A DNA stretch of 64,000 nucleotides. Origin: an uncultured Actinomycetes bacterium (GTDB lineage Bacteria > Actinomycetota > Thermoleophilia > Gaiellales > Gaiellaceae). Location: NCBI GenBank assembly GCA_963840705.1, contig CAWIZT010000009.1:82321-146320 (forward strand). The letters run 5' to 3'. Position 1 is the first letter of the stretch; every line of letters begins with the position of its first letter. A program made the position numbers and the translations under genes. This document shows, one piece after another, positions 9,830 to 23,335 of the stretch. Below the pieces are notes generated by a model. The model saw nothing but the letters and a program-made list of their open reading frames with translations. It searched no databases and was not told the origin of the DNA.

Positions 9830-10999
9830 TCAGGAGGGTGGGCCGAGAGGCTCGGCCGCGTAGCCCGCGTTGCGAAGGGTCGCGAGGATCTCCTCGCAAT
9901 GCCCCTCGTCCCGCGTCGACACGACGAGCTCGACCTCGGTCTGGAGGGCAGTGCGCGTCGTTCCCTCGCGGTGGTGGTCGACCGAGACGATATTCCCGCG
10001 CTCGCGAGCAACCAGGTCGAGGACGTTTCGCAGCTCCCCCGGGCGATCCGGGATGAGCATGCGTACGGCGAGGTAGCGGCCCGAGCGGGTCAAGCCGAGC
10101 CGCATCACCGAGATGAGCGTCGTCGCGTCGATGTTGCCGCCCGAGAGCACGACCGCTACCGGGTCGTCCCCCCCAGCCCGACCGGCCAGAATCGCAGCCA
10201 GCCCGACCGCGCCGGCGCCCTCGACGAGCAGCTTCTTCCGCTCGAGACAGAGTACGAGAGCATCCGAGATCTCCTCGTCCGAGACCTCCACGACGTCGTC
10301 GAGCATATCGTCGAGAATCGAGCCGGCGAGCTCGCCGCGCGACTTGACCGAGATCCCGTCGGCGATCGTGAGACCCGGCTGGCAGACGACGCCGACGATC
10401 CGCTGCCCCGGTCTCCGGTCACGGAGCGCGAGCGAGATGCCCGCCGCGAGACCGCCGCCACCGATCGGGATGAGGACCGTCGCAGCATCGTGGGCTTGTT
10501 CGGCAAGCTCGAGCCCGATCGTCCCTTGCCCGGCGATCACGCGCGCGTCCTCGAAGGCGTGCACGAGGGTTGCGCCCGAGCGCTGGACGTGCTCCTGCGC
10601 TGCGGCAACGGCCCCCTCGAAGCCCGCGCCTGCAAGCTCGACCTGGCCGCCGTACGCGCGGGTTGCCTCGACCTTCGCCATCGGCGCATCCTCGGGCATG
10701 AAGATCGTGGCGGCGCTTCCGGCCTCCCGCGCCGCCCATGCGACCGCCTGGCCGTGATTGCCGGCGCTGGCGGCCACGACGCCCGCCGAGCGCTCTTCGG
10801 GGGAAAGCGTCGCGATCGTGTTGAATGCGCCGCGGATCTTGAAGGAGCCGGTGCGCTGGAGGTTCTCCGCCTTGAGCAGAACCGTGCGGCCGGAGAGCCG
10901 GGAGAAGGTCTCGGTCGGGTAGAGGGGCGTCTCGCGCGCTACGCCGGCGAGACGGTCGCGAGCCACCTCGATATCGGCGATCGTCAGCGCTTCAGCCAA
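9830..10999 (-). CDS. ilvA: Threonine ammonia-lyase (threonine dehydratase), short form with ACT-like tail
   Basis: KAENLQRTGSFKIRGA (PLP lysine motif), SAGNHGQAVA and GGGGL. Intact 389 aa. Confidence 0.9.
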   Translation of the reverse strand: MAEALTIADIEVARDRLAGVARETPLYPTETFSRLSGRTVLLKAENLQRTGSFKIRGAFNTIATLSPEERSAGVVAASAGNHGQAVAWAAREAGSAATIFMPEDAPMAKVEATRAYGGQVELAGAGFEGAVAAAQEHVQRSGATLVHAFEDARVIAGQGTIGLELAEQAHDAATVLIPIGGGGLAAGISLALRDRRPGQRIVGVVCQPGLTIADGISVKSRGELAGSILDDMLDDVVEVSDEEISDALVLCLERKKLLVEGAGAVGLAAILAGRAGGDDPVAVVLSGGNIDATTLISVMRLGLTRSGRYLAVRMLIPDRPGELRNVLDLVARERGNIVSVDHHREGTTRTALQTEVELVVSTRDEGHCEEILATLRNAGYAAEPLGPPS

Positions 11000-11954
11000 G
11001 CTTGAACACCTTCTCCATGATCTCGCGCACCGCGGTCAGCGGATCGAGCTCCCGCTGCTCTACGGCCCGAAGCACACGCTGGAGCTCCGGATCGTCGGCA
11101 ACTGCAGCTTCGAGGTATGCCTTGGCGCGTGCGGAGGCGACCGCGAATACCTCCCGCGAGAGATTCCGCCTTCTGCGTTCCTCGAGCACGCCCTCGTTCT
11201 CGAGCCGCCCGCGGTGCTCCTCGAGCTTCTGCCACAGCTCGGGCACGTTCTGACCGCGGAGAGCCTCCGTCAGGATGACCGCCGGTCGCCGGTCTGGATC
11301 GGCAAGCCCCACGATCGAGCGGACTTCGCTCAGCATCGTCTTCGACGCCGGGTGGTCCATCTTGTTGACGGCGATCACGTCCGGGATCTCCATGATCCCC
11401 GCCTTCAGCGCCTGCACGGAGTCGCCCGAGCCGGGCATGAGCACGAGGAGCACCGTGTCCGCGATGCCGGTGACCTCCACCTCGCTCTGCCCGGCGCCGA
11501 CGGTCTCGACGAAGATCACGTCCTTACCGGAGGCGTCCAGGAGCAGCACGGCCTGAAGCGTTGTCTCGGCGAGCCCGCCGACGTGCCCCCGCGTGCCCAT
11601 GGAGCGGATGAAGACCCCGGGATCGAGGAAGTGGTCCGCGAGGCGAATGCGGTCACCGAGAAGCGCCCCGCGCGAGAACGGGCTCGATGGGTCCACCGAC
11701 ACCACGCCGACGGTGCGATCACGCGTGCGCAGGTGCTCGACGAGCGCGGCGATCAGCGACGACTTGCCCACACCCGGCGGCCCGGTGACGCCGATGACGA
11801 CGGCCTGTCCCGTCTCCGGGTACACGTCGCGAACGAGCGGATACGCAAGCAGGTCGCCGTTCTCGACCAGGGAGATCGCCCGTGCCAGCGCGCGCCGGTC
11901 TCCCGCTCGCACACCTTTCGTCAGGTCGTCGAGCGCCCACTCCCGCCTGGCCAC
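10992..11954 (-). CDS. meaB: Methylmalonyl-CoA mutase-associated GTPase MeaB/ArgK
   Basis: P-loop GPPGVGKSS, VETVGAGQSE and AVNKMD motifs. 8-nt overlap with ilvA. Confidence 0.9.
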   Translation of the reverse strand: MARREWALDDLTKGVRAGDRRALARAISLVENGDLLAYPLVRDVYPETGQAVVIGVTGPPGVGKSSLIAALVEHLRTRDRTVGVVSVDPSSPFSRGALLGDRIRLADHFLDPGVFIRSMGTRGHVGGLAETTLQAVLLLDASGKDVIFVETVGAGQSEVEVTGIADTVLLVLMPGSGDSVQALKAGIMEIPDVIAVNKMDHPASKTMLSEVRSIVGLADPDRRPAVILTEALRGQNVPELWQKLEEHRGRLENEGVLEERRRRNLSREVFAVASARAKAYLEAAVADDPELQRVLRAVEQRELDPLTAVREIMEKVFKLG

Positions 11955-11967
11955 GCGGCCACTCTAT

Positions 11968-12088
11968 GTCTTGCGCAAGATCGAAATCCGCTAGCGCAGA
12001 TTTCGATCGCGCTCCAAGACCCCTTCATGTCGAGGCGGAGTCGGAAGTCCCAGGTGTGAAGTCGACTGCTGAATGCAACCCTGGTTCG
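11968..12088 (+). repeat. 121-bp repeat, copy 1 (contains a long imperfect hairpin)
   Basis: Differs from copy 2 at 1 of 121 positions. Core hairpin is GATCGAAATC-CGCTAGCGCA-GATTTCGATC. Confidence 0.9.
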
Positions 12089-12113
12089 CATACCCGGTCC
12101 GCGCAAAGCCGCC

Positions 12114-12234
12114 GTCTTGCGCAAGATCGAAATCCGCTAGCGCAGATTTCGATCACGCTCCAAGACCCCTTCATGTCGAGGCGGAGTCGGAAGTCCCAGG
12201 TGTGAAGTCGACTGCTGAATGCAACCCTGGTTCG
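12114..12234 (+). repeat. 121-bp repeat, copy 2
   Basis: Direct repeat of 11968..12088 after a 25-bp spacer. The single difference is G to A in GATCGCGC/GATCACGC. Confidence 0.9.
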
Positions 12235-12270
12235 TGAGCAAGACTTCTAAGGAAGGCCGCTTCGCGCCCG

Positions 12271-13725
12271 CTACCTGCGCCGCGCAGCTTCGGCTTCGCT
12301 CTCGCGCCGGACTTCGATCTCCTCGAGGAGAACGGCGATCCGTTCGAGCCCCGCCGCCGCGGAGCCCGCGCGCGCGGGCGGGCGTGCTATAGCCCGTGCT
12401 GCCACTCGAGGCACCTGGTCCTGTCGCCGTACGCCGGCGAGCGGGACCAGCGCGCCCGCCGCCGCCTCGCCGTGCGTCTCGAGCAGGTGATCCTCGTCGG
12501 CGCTCTTCACAGGAAGCCAGCGCGTCACGAGCAGCGCGGAGGCGGCGGCGACGGTGTAGACCCCTGCAGCCGAGAGCATGACCCAGCGTGCGCCCACCCA
12601 GTCGGTGAGGAGCCCCGCGGCCCCCATCGCGAGCCCGAGGATCAGGTAGTTGGCGCTCATGATCGTCGAGAGCGCTCGCCCTCGGAACCGGTCGGGCGCC
12701 CCACGCTGGACGAGAATCTGGTTGCAGATGATCGCTGCCCCGTTCCCCGCGGCACCTCCGATCACGAACGGCACCGCCACCCAGATCGCCGGGCTGAGCG
12801 CGGCACCGCCCCAGCCGAGCGCCATCAGCGCGATGGAGCCTGCGTAGTGGCGGCGTAGCCCGACCTTGCCGAGCGCCGGTGCCGCGAGGAAGCTGCCGAT
12901 CACCAGGCCCGTACCGCTCGCGCCGATGATCACCCCGAATCCGACCGCGCCGGCTCCCAGGACATCCTGGACGAAGAACACCTCGGCGACGTTGATCGCG
13001 GCGCTCCCGACCAGCACGATGTTCCACACGATCAGGACGGTGCGGAGCGGGAGAGCGGTCAGCACGAGGCGGACGCCGTCGGCGACGTCCCGCCAGTGAC
13101 CGCTGGTGAGCGACTCCTGCGAGCGGAGTTGCGAGTCCGCGATTCGAGCGACGAGCAGCGCCGAGACGAGGAACGTGATGGCGTTGACTGCGTAGGGCAC
13201 TAACGGGCCCCAGAGGCTGACCATCACACCGCCGAGGACCGGTCCGATCATCCAGGCGGCGTTCTCGACGGTCTGGAGCAGGGAGTTGGCGTTGGTGAGC
13301 TCGTCGTCGGGAACCAGGTTCGGGAGGCCTGCATACGCGGCGGGCCGGAAGAACCCCGCCGCGACCCCGGCGACCCCGGCGAGGCCCACGATTCCGACGG
13401 GACTGTCGACGAAGGGAAGCGCGGCGAACACCGCGACGCGGGTCAGATCCGACGCGATCATCAGGCGGCGGCGGGAGAGCCGATCGAACAACGGCCCCAG
13501 CAGAAGGCCGACGAGAACGATCGGAAGGAAGTCGGCAATGAGGAGCGCCGCCACCCAAACCCCCGAGTCGGTACGGGCGTAGATGTCGAGCGTCAGCGCG
13601 ATTGCGGCCAGGTACGTCCCGATGCCGGACCCAGCGGTCGCGAGAAAGAGGAGCCCGAACGAGGGCGACCGGCGCAGGAGGCCAAGACGGCGAGTGCTCT
13701 CCACGGCTGCTGGTGACGCTACCAC
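12271..13725 (-). CDS. MFS transporter with charged C-terminal extension
   Basis: 484 aa with about 12 hydrophobic segments. DRLSRRRLM loop motif between TM2 and TM3. Confidence 0.85.
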   Translation of the reverse strand: MVASPAAVESTRRLGLLRRSPSFGLLFLATAGSGIGTYLAAIALTLDIYARTDSGVWVAALLIADFLPIVLVGLLLGPLFDRLSRRRLMIASDLTRVAVFAALPFVDSPVGIVGLAGVAGVAAGFFRPAAYAGLPNLVPDDELTNANSLLQTVENAAWMIGPVLGGVMVSLWGPLVPYAVNAITFLVSALLVARIADSQLRSQESLTSGHWRDVADGVRLVLTALPLRTVLIVWNIVLVGSAAINVAEVFFVQDVLGAGAVGFGVIIGASGTGLVIGSFLAAPALGKVGLRRHYAGSIALMALGWGGAALSPAIWVAVPFVIGGAAGNGAAIICNQILVQRGAPDRFRGRALSTIMSANYLILGLAMGAAGLLTDWVGARWVMLSAAGVYTVAAASALLVTRWLPVKSADEDHLLETHGEAAAGALVPLAGVRRQDQVPRVAARAIARPPARAGSAAAGLERIAVLLEEIEVRRESEAEAARRR

Positions 13726-13819
13726 CTGCTCCGGCTTCTCTCTACGCGCTTTTTGGGGCCTGTCCGGCGCAGGCGTGGCGGAAAGGCTCGCCCCCGCGTG
13801 AGGTCCTGCGGAACGCTGG

Positions 13820-14485
13820 CTAGCGGCGCATCGCGGTCGCCATGCGACCCGCGACGATGCGTGCGAGCCGAAGCTTCTCGACCCTCTGAGGCGGAACGAA
13901 CGCGGATCCGACGATCACCGTCGCTTGGGCCCGTGAGTGCGTCATAGCGACCAGATCGACGTACGCCGGCACCGTGCCCTGCGCCGTCGGTGCCGACAGC
14001 GTCACCCGATACGCGATGCTGCGATCGGAGACACGCGGGAAGGAGACCGTGCGAACCGAGACGAGATCGACTCCCTGTTTCGCGAACTCTCGGCGGAGGA
14101 GCTCGGTCGCGCATCTCCTTCCAGCCGCGCTCTTGGCGCGTTCCCAGGACGCCGAGGAGTCGGCGACCGATTCGTAGACCTGGGCAGCCGAGGCGACGAA
14201 CACCGCTCCAAGGGCGAGCTGCTGTCCTTCTGCATCTCCGGTGAGCGTGAGATCCGACGCACTGACCTGTGCAGCGCAGTCGGTATGCGGGTCCGCGGTG
14301 CTGGAGAGCTGCGGCTGGAACCCCGCCGGGAGGTCCGTCCGCTTCACGAGCATCGCTCGTGCGCGGGCGTTGTCGGCCTTGGTGAGCCGCTTCTGGGGAT
14401 CCTGATGCGTTGCCAGAGCGCTCGCGGTCAGCGCAAGGAAGGCGAGCAGAGCAGCGACAACGAGGAGAGGGCGCACCCGTTTCAT
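13820..14485 (-). CDS. Secreted hypothetical protein
   Basis: N-terminal signal sequence MKRVRPLLVVAALLAFLALTASALA. The start lies 1 nt after the metH stop. No family recognised. Confidence 0.6.
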   Translation of the reverse strand: MKRVRPLLVVAALLAFLALTASALATHQDPQKRLTKADNARARAMLVKRTDLPAGFQPQLSSTADPHTDCAAQVSASDLTLTGDAEGQQLALGAVFVASAAQVYESVADSSASWERAKSAAGRRCATELLRREFAKQGVDLVSVRTVSFPRVSDRSIAYRVTLSAPTAQGTVPAYVDLVAMTHSRAQATVIVGSAFVPPQRVEKLRLARIVAGRMATAMRR

Positions 14486-14486
14486 G

Positions 14487-18116
<3,630 letters not shown>

Positions 18117-18254
18117 AAATCGCCTCCGGGCCTAAAGGGTCCGGAGCCGCTCACGGCTTTCGGGCTCTTTAGGCGTTTGGTAACCCGGTCGCCAAGCTGC
18201 CTTTCAAAGCTTTCCGGGTGTTTCAGGGTAGCCGAGAACACCTGCTTCGTCGCG

Positions 18255-18851
18255 TCAGCGCGCAAAGTCGGCGAGCGCCTCACGTCCCGTCTCGAGCACC
18301 GGCTCGCCGTGTGCGAGCAGGAGATGGCGGAAGTCGAGGCTCGCCACCCGTCGGTAGGCCTCACGGAGACCGATCTTCGTCTCCTCGGGGTCGTCCATGA
18401 ACCGGTCGGGGACGAACGCGAGCGGACCGCCAGGCTCCCAGCGAACCGCTCCGTCCGCCAGCGCGAGAGCCTGCAGGGCCGGAATGTGCAGCGCCGTCTC
18501 GTCGGGGCAGATCGCGCCGACGTCGTGCGCGACGACGCCTCCCGGGAGCTCGTCGCCGACGTCGAACGGCTCGATCTTCTGCCCCTCGTCGAACTCGTGC
18601 AGCCCCGCTCGCACGCAGTGCACTGTGACGCCGAATCGCTCGTCGAAGAGGCCGCTCGAGCGATAGTGGTGACGGTTCGTGAGCAGGACGTCCGTAGGCG
18701 GGCCGTGCTTCTCGAACCAGGCGAGCCCGTCGGTGGGTGCGATCGGGTCGATGAGAACCCGTTCCCCGGACAGGTAGTAGGAGTGGACGACGATCTTGAT
18801 TCGCGGGTGCTTCCCGCTCCAGTGCCAGATTCCGGGTGCAATCTCCTGCAT
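18255..18851 (-). CDS. MBL-fold metallo-hydrolase family protein
   Basis: 198 aa. TNRHHYR (degenerate HxHxDH region) and LLLAHGEP. Weak family-level call. Confidence 0.55.
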   Translation of the reverse strand: MQEIAPGIWHWSGKHPRIKIVVHSYYLSGERVLIDPIAPTDGLAWFEKHGPPTDVLLTNRHHYRSSGLFDERFGVTVHCVRAGLHEFDEGQKIEPFDVGDELPGGVVAHDVGAICPDETALHIPALQALALADGAVRWEPGGPLAFVPDRFMDDPEETKIGLREAYRRVASLDFRHLLLAHGEPVLETGREALADFAR

Positions 18852-18909
18852 GCGCGCAGCGTAACCGGGTCAGCCTTCGAGACGCATGGCCCCGGCCAGG
18901 GTCTCGTCG

Positions 18910-19341
18910 TCAGCCGGTGGTGCGGCCGGACACGGCCAGCTGGTTCTCGGCATGGACGATGCGCTGCTCGAGCTGCCACCGATCCGACTGCGACTCCCCC
19001 GCTTCGACCTTCTCCAGCTCGGTCTTCGCCGCGTCGAGCTGGTCGCGGGCACGCGCGTCGTCGATCTCCCGCACGTCCACCGCGTCGTCGACGAGCGCGA
19101 GCGCGCGGTCGAGCTCGACCTTGAAGAATCCCGGGCCGGTGGCGAACTGGAGGATCTCGTCCGGGCTGACGTGGATACGCGTCGACCCGGCCTTGAGCGT
19201 CGCGACGAGCGGCGCGTGCCGAGCGAGCACTCCGATCTCCCCGGCGGCGCCGGGTACGACGATCATCTGCGCCTCGCCGTCGAAGGCTGGGCCGTCGGGC
19301 GTGACCAGTGAGACGTCGAACTTCGGATAAACATCGGCCAT
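18910..19341 (-). CDS. atpC: F1 ATP synthase epsilon subunit
   Basis: 143 aa. LVTPDGPAFDGEAQMIVVPGAAGEIGVLARHAPL. Lies directly downstream of atpD. Confidence 0.9.
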   Translation of the reverse strand: MADVYPKFDVSLVTPDGPAFDGEAQMIVVPGAAGEIGVLARHAPLVATLKAGSTRIHVSPDEILQFATGPGFFKVELDRALALVDDAVDVREIDDARARDQLDAAKTELEKVEAGESQSDRWQLEQRIVHAENQLAVSGRTTG

Positions 19342-19353
19342 GGCTGCGCTCGA

Positions 19354-20862
<1,509 letters not shown>

Positions 20863-20922
20863 CTAGCCAAGGGGCACTCTTTTCGACGCGCGAGACGAGA
20901 CCGCAACTAACCGCCAGCCCGC

Positions 20923-21447
20923 TTGAACGTCTACCTGATAGTGCGAATAAGTCCGATCCTGCCCGAAATCTGCCATGGGACCCGGCAGCAGGTTTCTCTC
21001 CGCCTCGACATGGAGCTCTCGGAGCTGGAAGACGCCCTGCTGGCGGCGCATCTTCGAAAGTGCGCAGGTTGCTGGACATTCGCCGTTGATCTCGAGGCAC
21101 TGACGGAGAAGCTGCGCACAGCACCGCTCGCGGAGCCCTCCGTGCGGTTTCAGCTCCCACGCCGGCCCGCTCGCTTTGGCATGGCTCGCATCGGCATGGC
21201 TCGCGCGGGCACGGCGGCCGCCGCAGCGATCACCGCGCTCATCGCAGTTGTCAGCGTCTCGGGCCTCCATCCCTCGCCATCCCAGATCTCGGCTTCCGAG
21301 CTCCAGAGCGTGCGGGATCGTATGACCATGAAGGAACGGATGATGCAAGAGCTGGAGACCACCACCGTGCGGCAGGTGCAGGACGTCCCTCGAGGCCTGA
21401 GAGCCGCCAGGGACGCGACACTGCGTCCGAACCACGGCATGGGATGA
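20923..21447 (+). CDS. zf-HC2 (anti-sigma-factor-like) membrane protein, no adjacent sigma factor
   Basis: C...HLRKCAGC (Hx3Cx2C) followed by one TM segment (AAAAAITALIAVVSVSG). Start is TTG 20923 or GTG 20941. Confidence 0.6.
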   Translation: MNVYLIVRISPILPEICHGTRQQVSLRLDMELSELEDALLAAHLRKCAGCWTFAVDLEALTEKLRTAPLAEPSVRFQLPRRPARFGMARIGMARAGTAAAAAITALIAVVSVSGLHPSPSQISASELQSVRDRMTMKERMMQELETTTVRQVQDVPRGLRAARDATLRPNHGMG

Positions 21448-21609
21448 CGGAGGTGCGCGATATGTGACAACGGGTGACGCCCGGGTCGGGCGAGCTCCAA
21501 GGAGTGCCGAATTCACGCCTGGGCGAAGGTCGGTTAGGATAATGCCTCGTTGCCGCCACAGACATAGCCGGTGCGCGGAGAGGTGGACGTAATTCTCAAG
21601 GAGGAACGA

Positions 21610-23235
21610 ATGCGTAAGAGAAAGAGATGGTCCCTGTGGGCTGGTGCAGCCGGGGCCATCGCCATAGTCATCGTGGGCTCCGCGGTTGGAGCGACAGGGG
21701 CGACAGACCAGAAAGCCCAGAATCTGCGGGTCATCATCCCCGGTGAGCCGCCGTCGCTCGACCCGGGACTCGCCACCGACACGACGTCGTCGAACATCAT
21801 CCAGAACCTCAGCGAGCCGCTCGTGAAGTTCGGTGCGCCGCCACAGCTGAAGGCGATACCCGCAGCGGCCGCGAGCTGGACCGTGAAGGGCCCGCTCGTC
21901 ACGATCAACCTGCGCAAGGACCTGAAGTGGACGAACGGCCAGCAGGTGACCGCACGGGACTACGTGTGGTCGTGGCTGCGGACGATCTCGCCTGAGCTCG
22001 GGAGCGACTACGCCTACCAGTTCTTCGGCATCAAGGGCGCCGAGGCGTACAACGGTTGCGACCCCAAGGCGGCGAACTGCAACGCCCTACGGTCGCAGGT
22101 CGGGATTTCCGCCCCGACCAGGTTGGCGATCAGGGTGCAGTTGAAGGCACCGCAGGCGTGGTTCATCCAGCAGCTGAACCACACGTCCTTCATCCCCGCC
22201 CACCGGGCGACGATCGAGAAGTTCGGGGAGAAGTGGACCGAGCCGCAGAACATCGTCACGTTCGGCCCCTTCAGGCTTGCTACCTGGCAGCACGACGCTT
22301 CGTTGACGCTGGTCAAGAACCCGAGGTGGCGTGACGCCAAGTCCGTCAAGCTGAACAGGATCCAGTTCACGATCATCACCGACGCGGCCACGGCCGAGAA
22401 CGCGTACTCGGCGGGCAACGCCGACGTCAACGAGACGGATCTGCCGGGAGCCCTCGTCCCCAAGTGGAAGAACAAGAAGGACTACAGGACGGTCGGCACG
22501 ATCGGGACCTACTACTACGGGTTCAACGTCAAGAACGTTCCCGACGTGAACCAGCGCCGCGCGATGGCCATGGCCATCGACCGGAGCGCGATCATCAAGT
22601 TCGTCACGCTGGGCGGTCAGTTCCCGGCGAAGGGCTTCACGCCGAACAGAACCCCCGGCGCGAAGGAGATCCTCGCGAACGCCACCATGCCCGCCACTGC
22701 GAAGCTGGCGCAGGCCAAGGCATTGATGGCGAAGGCCAAGAACCCGAAGCGGAACATCAACCTCTACTTCAACACCTCGACGGGTCACGCTGCGATCGCC
22801 ACGGCGGTCCAGGCCTACTGGAAGGAGCTCGGGATCACCACGACCCTCAAGAACCAGGAGTTCGGGCAGTACCTCCAGTTCCTGGGGCCCCCGCCCAACT
22901 CGGACGTCGACGTCTATCGGCTCGGGTGGATCTACGACTACCCGGACGCCTACAACGGGTTCGAGCTCTGGACGTGCAACTCGGGGAACAACAACACCGG
23001 TTGGTGCAACAAGAAGTACGACGCGATCGTCGAGAAGGCAGCTCGAACGCCGAACGAGGACGCTCGCTTCAAGCTGTACCAGCAGGCAGAGACGATCCTC
23101 AGCGGCGCGAACGGCCAACTGCCGATCATGCCGATCTACTGGTACGTCTTCCACTCCCTGGTCAAGCCGAACGTCCAGGGATACAACATCGACCTCGTTG
23201 ACCGGACCGACTACTCGGGCGTCTCGCTCAACTAG
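21610..23235 (+). CDS. ABC transporter substrate-binding protein, family 5 (peptide/nickel, OppA/DppA-like), locus 1
   Basis: ATG 21610 preceded by AAGGAGGAA. Signal-like N-terminus, family-5 length and motifs (WTNGQQVTARDYVWS). Confidence 0.9.
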   Translation: MRKRKRWSLWAGAAGAIAIVIVGSAVGATGATDQKAQNLRVIIPGEPPSLDPGLATDTTSSNIIQNLSEPLVKFGAPPQLKAIPAAAASWTVKGPLVTINLRKDLKWTNGQQVTARDYVWSWLRTISPELGSDYAYQFFGIKGAEAYNGCDPKAANCNALRSQVGISAPTRLAIRVQLKAPQAWFIQQLNHTSFIPAHRATIEKFGEKWTEPQNIVTFGPFRLATWQHDASLTLVKNPRWRDAKSVKLNRIQFTIITDAATAENAYSAGNADVNETDLPGALVPKWKNKKDYRTVGTIGTYYYGFNVKNVPDVNQRRAMAMAIDRSAIIKFVTLGGQFPAKGFTPNRTPGAKEILANATMPATAKLAQAKALMAKAKNPKRNINLYFNTSTGHAAIATAVQAYWKELGITTTLKNQEFGQYLQFLGPPPNSDVDVYRLGWIYDYPDAYNGFELWTCNSGNNNTGWCNKKYDAIVEKAARTPNEDARFKLYQQAETILSGANGQLPIMPIYWYVFHSLVKPNVQGYNIDLVDRTDYSGVSLN

Positions 23236-23255
23236 CGGAAAAGTCACCTCGACGG

Positions 23256-23290
23256 GTACGGGCAGGGCGCTTCGAGCGCCCTGCCCGTAC
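23256..23290 (+). terminator. Intercistronic stem-loop after the binding-protein gene (15-bp perfect stem, 5-nt loop)
   Basis: GTACGGGCAGGGCGC-TTCGA-GCGCCCTGCCCGTAC, 20 nt after the stop. There is no U-tract, so it is more likely an attenuator or mRNA stabiliser than a full terminator. Confidence 0.6.
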
Positions 23291-23335
23291 ACTTCAGGAA
23301 AGGGGCACCCGTCGATGCCAAGGTTCCACTAGTCA

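Noticed and set aside
11882-12205. ORFs 11882..12205 and 11214..12059, which end in the identical peptide LAQDRNPLAQISI.LQDPFMSRRSRKSQV
   Set aside because: The identical tails are simply translations of the two 121-bp repeat copies. There is no RBS or coding signature, so I treat them as repeat artefacts.
11968-12234. Possible CRISPR array
   Set aside because: There are only two repeat units. At 121 bp with a 25-bp spacer, the geometry is wrong. No cas genes are in the window.
18117-18254. SAH or cobalamin riboswitch upstream of metH
   Set aside because: I could not find the conserved SAH core (GAGGAGCGCUGC...GGCUC...GGCGCUCAC order) or a B12 box on the metH strand. I kept it only as an unexplained structured leader.
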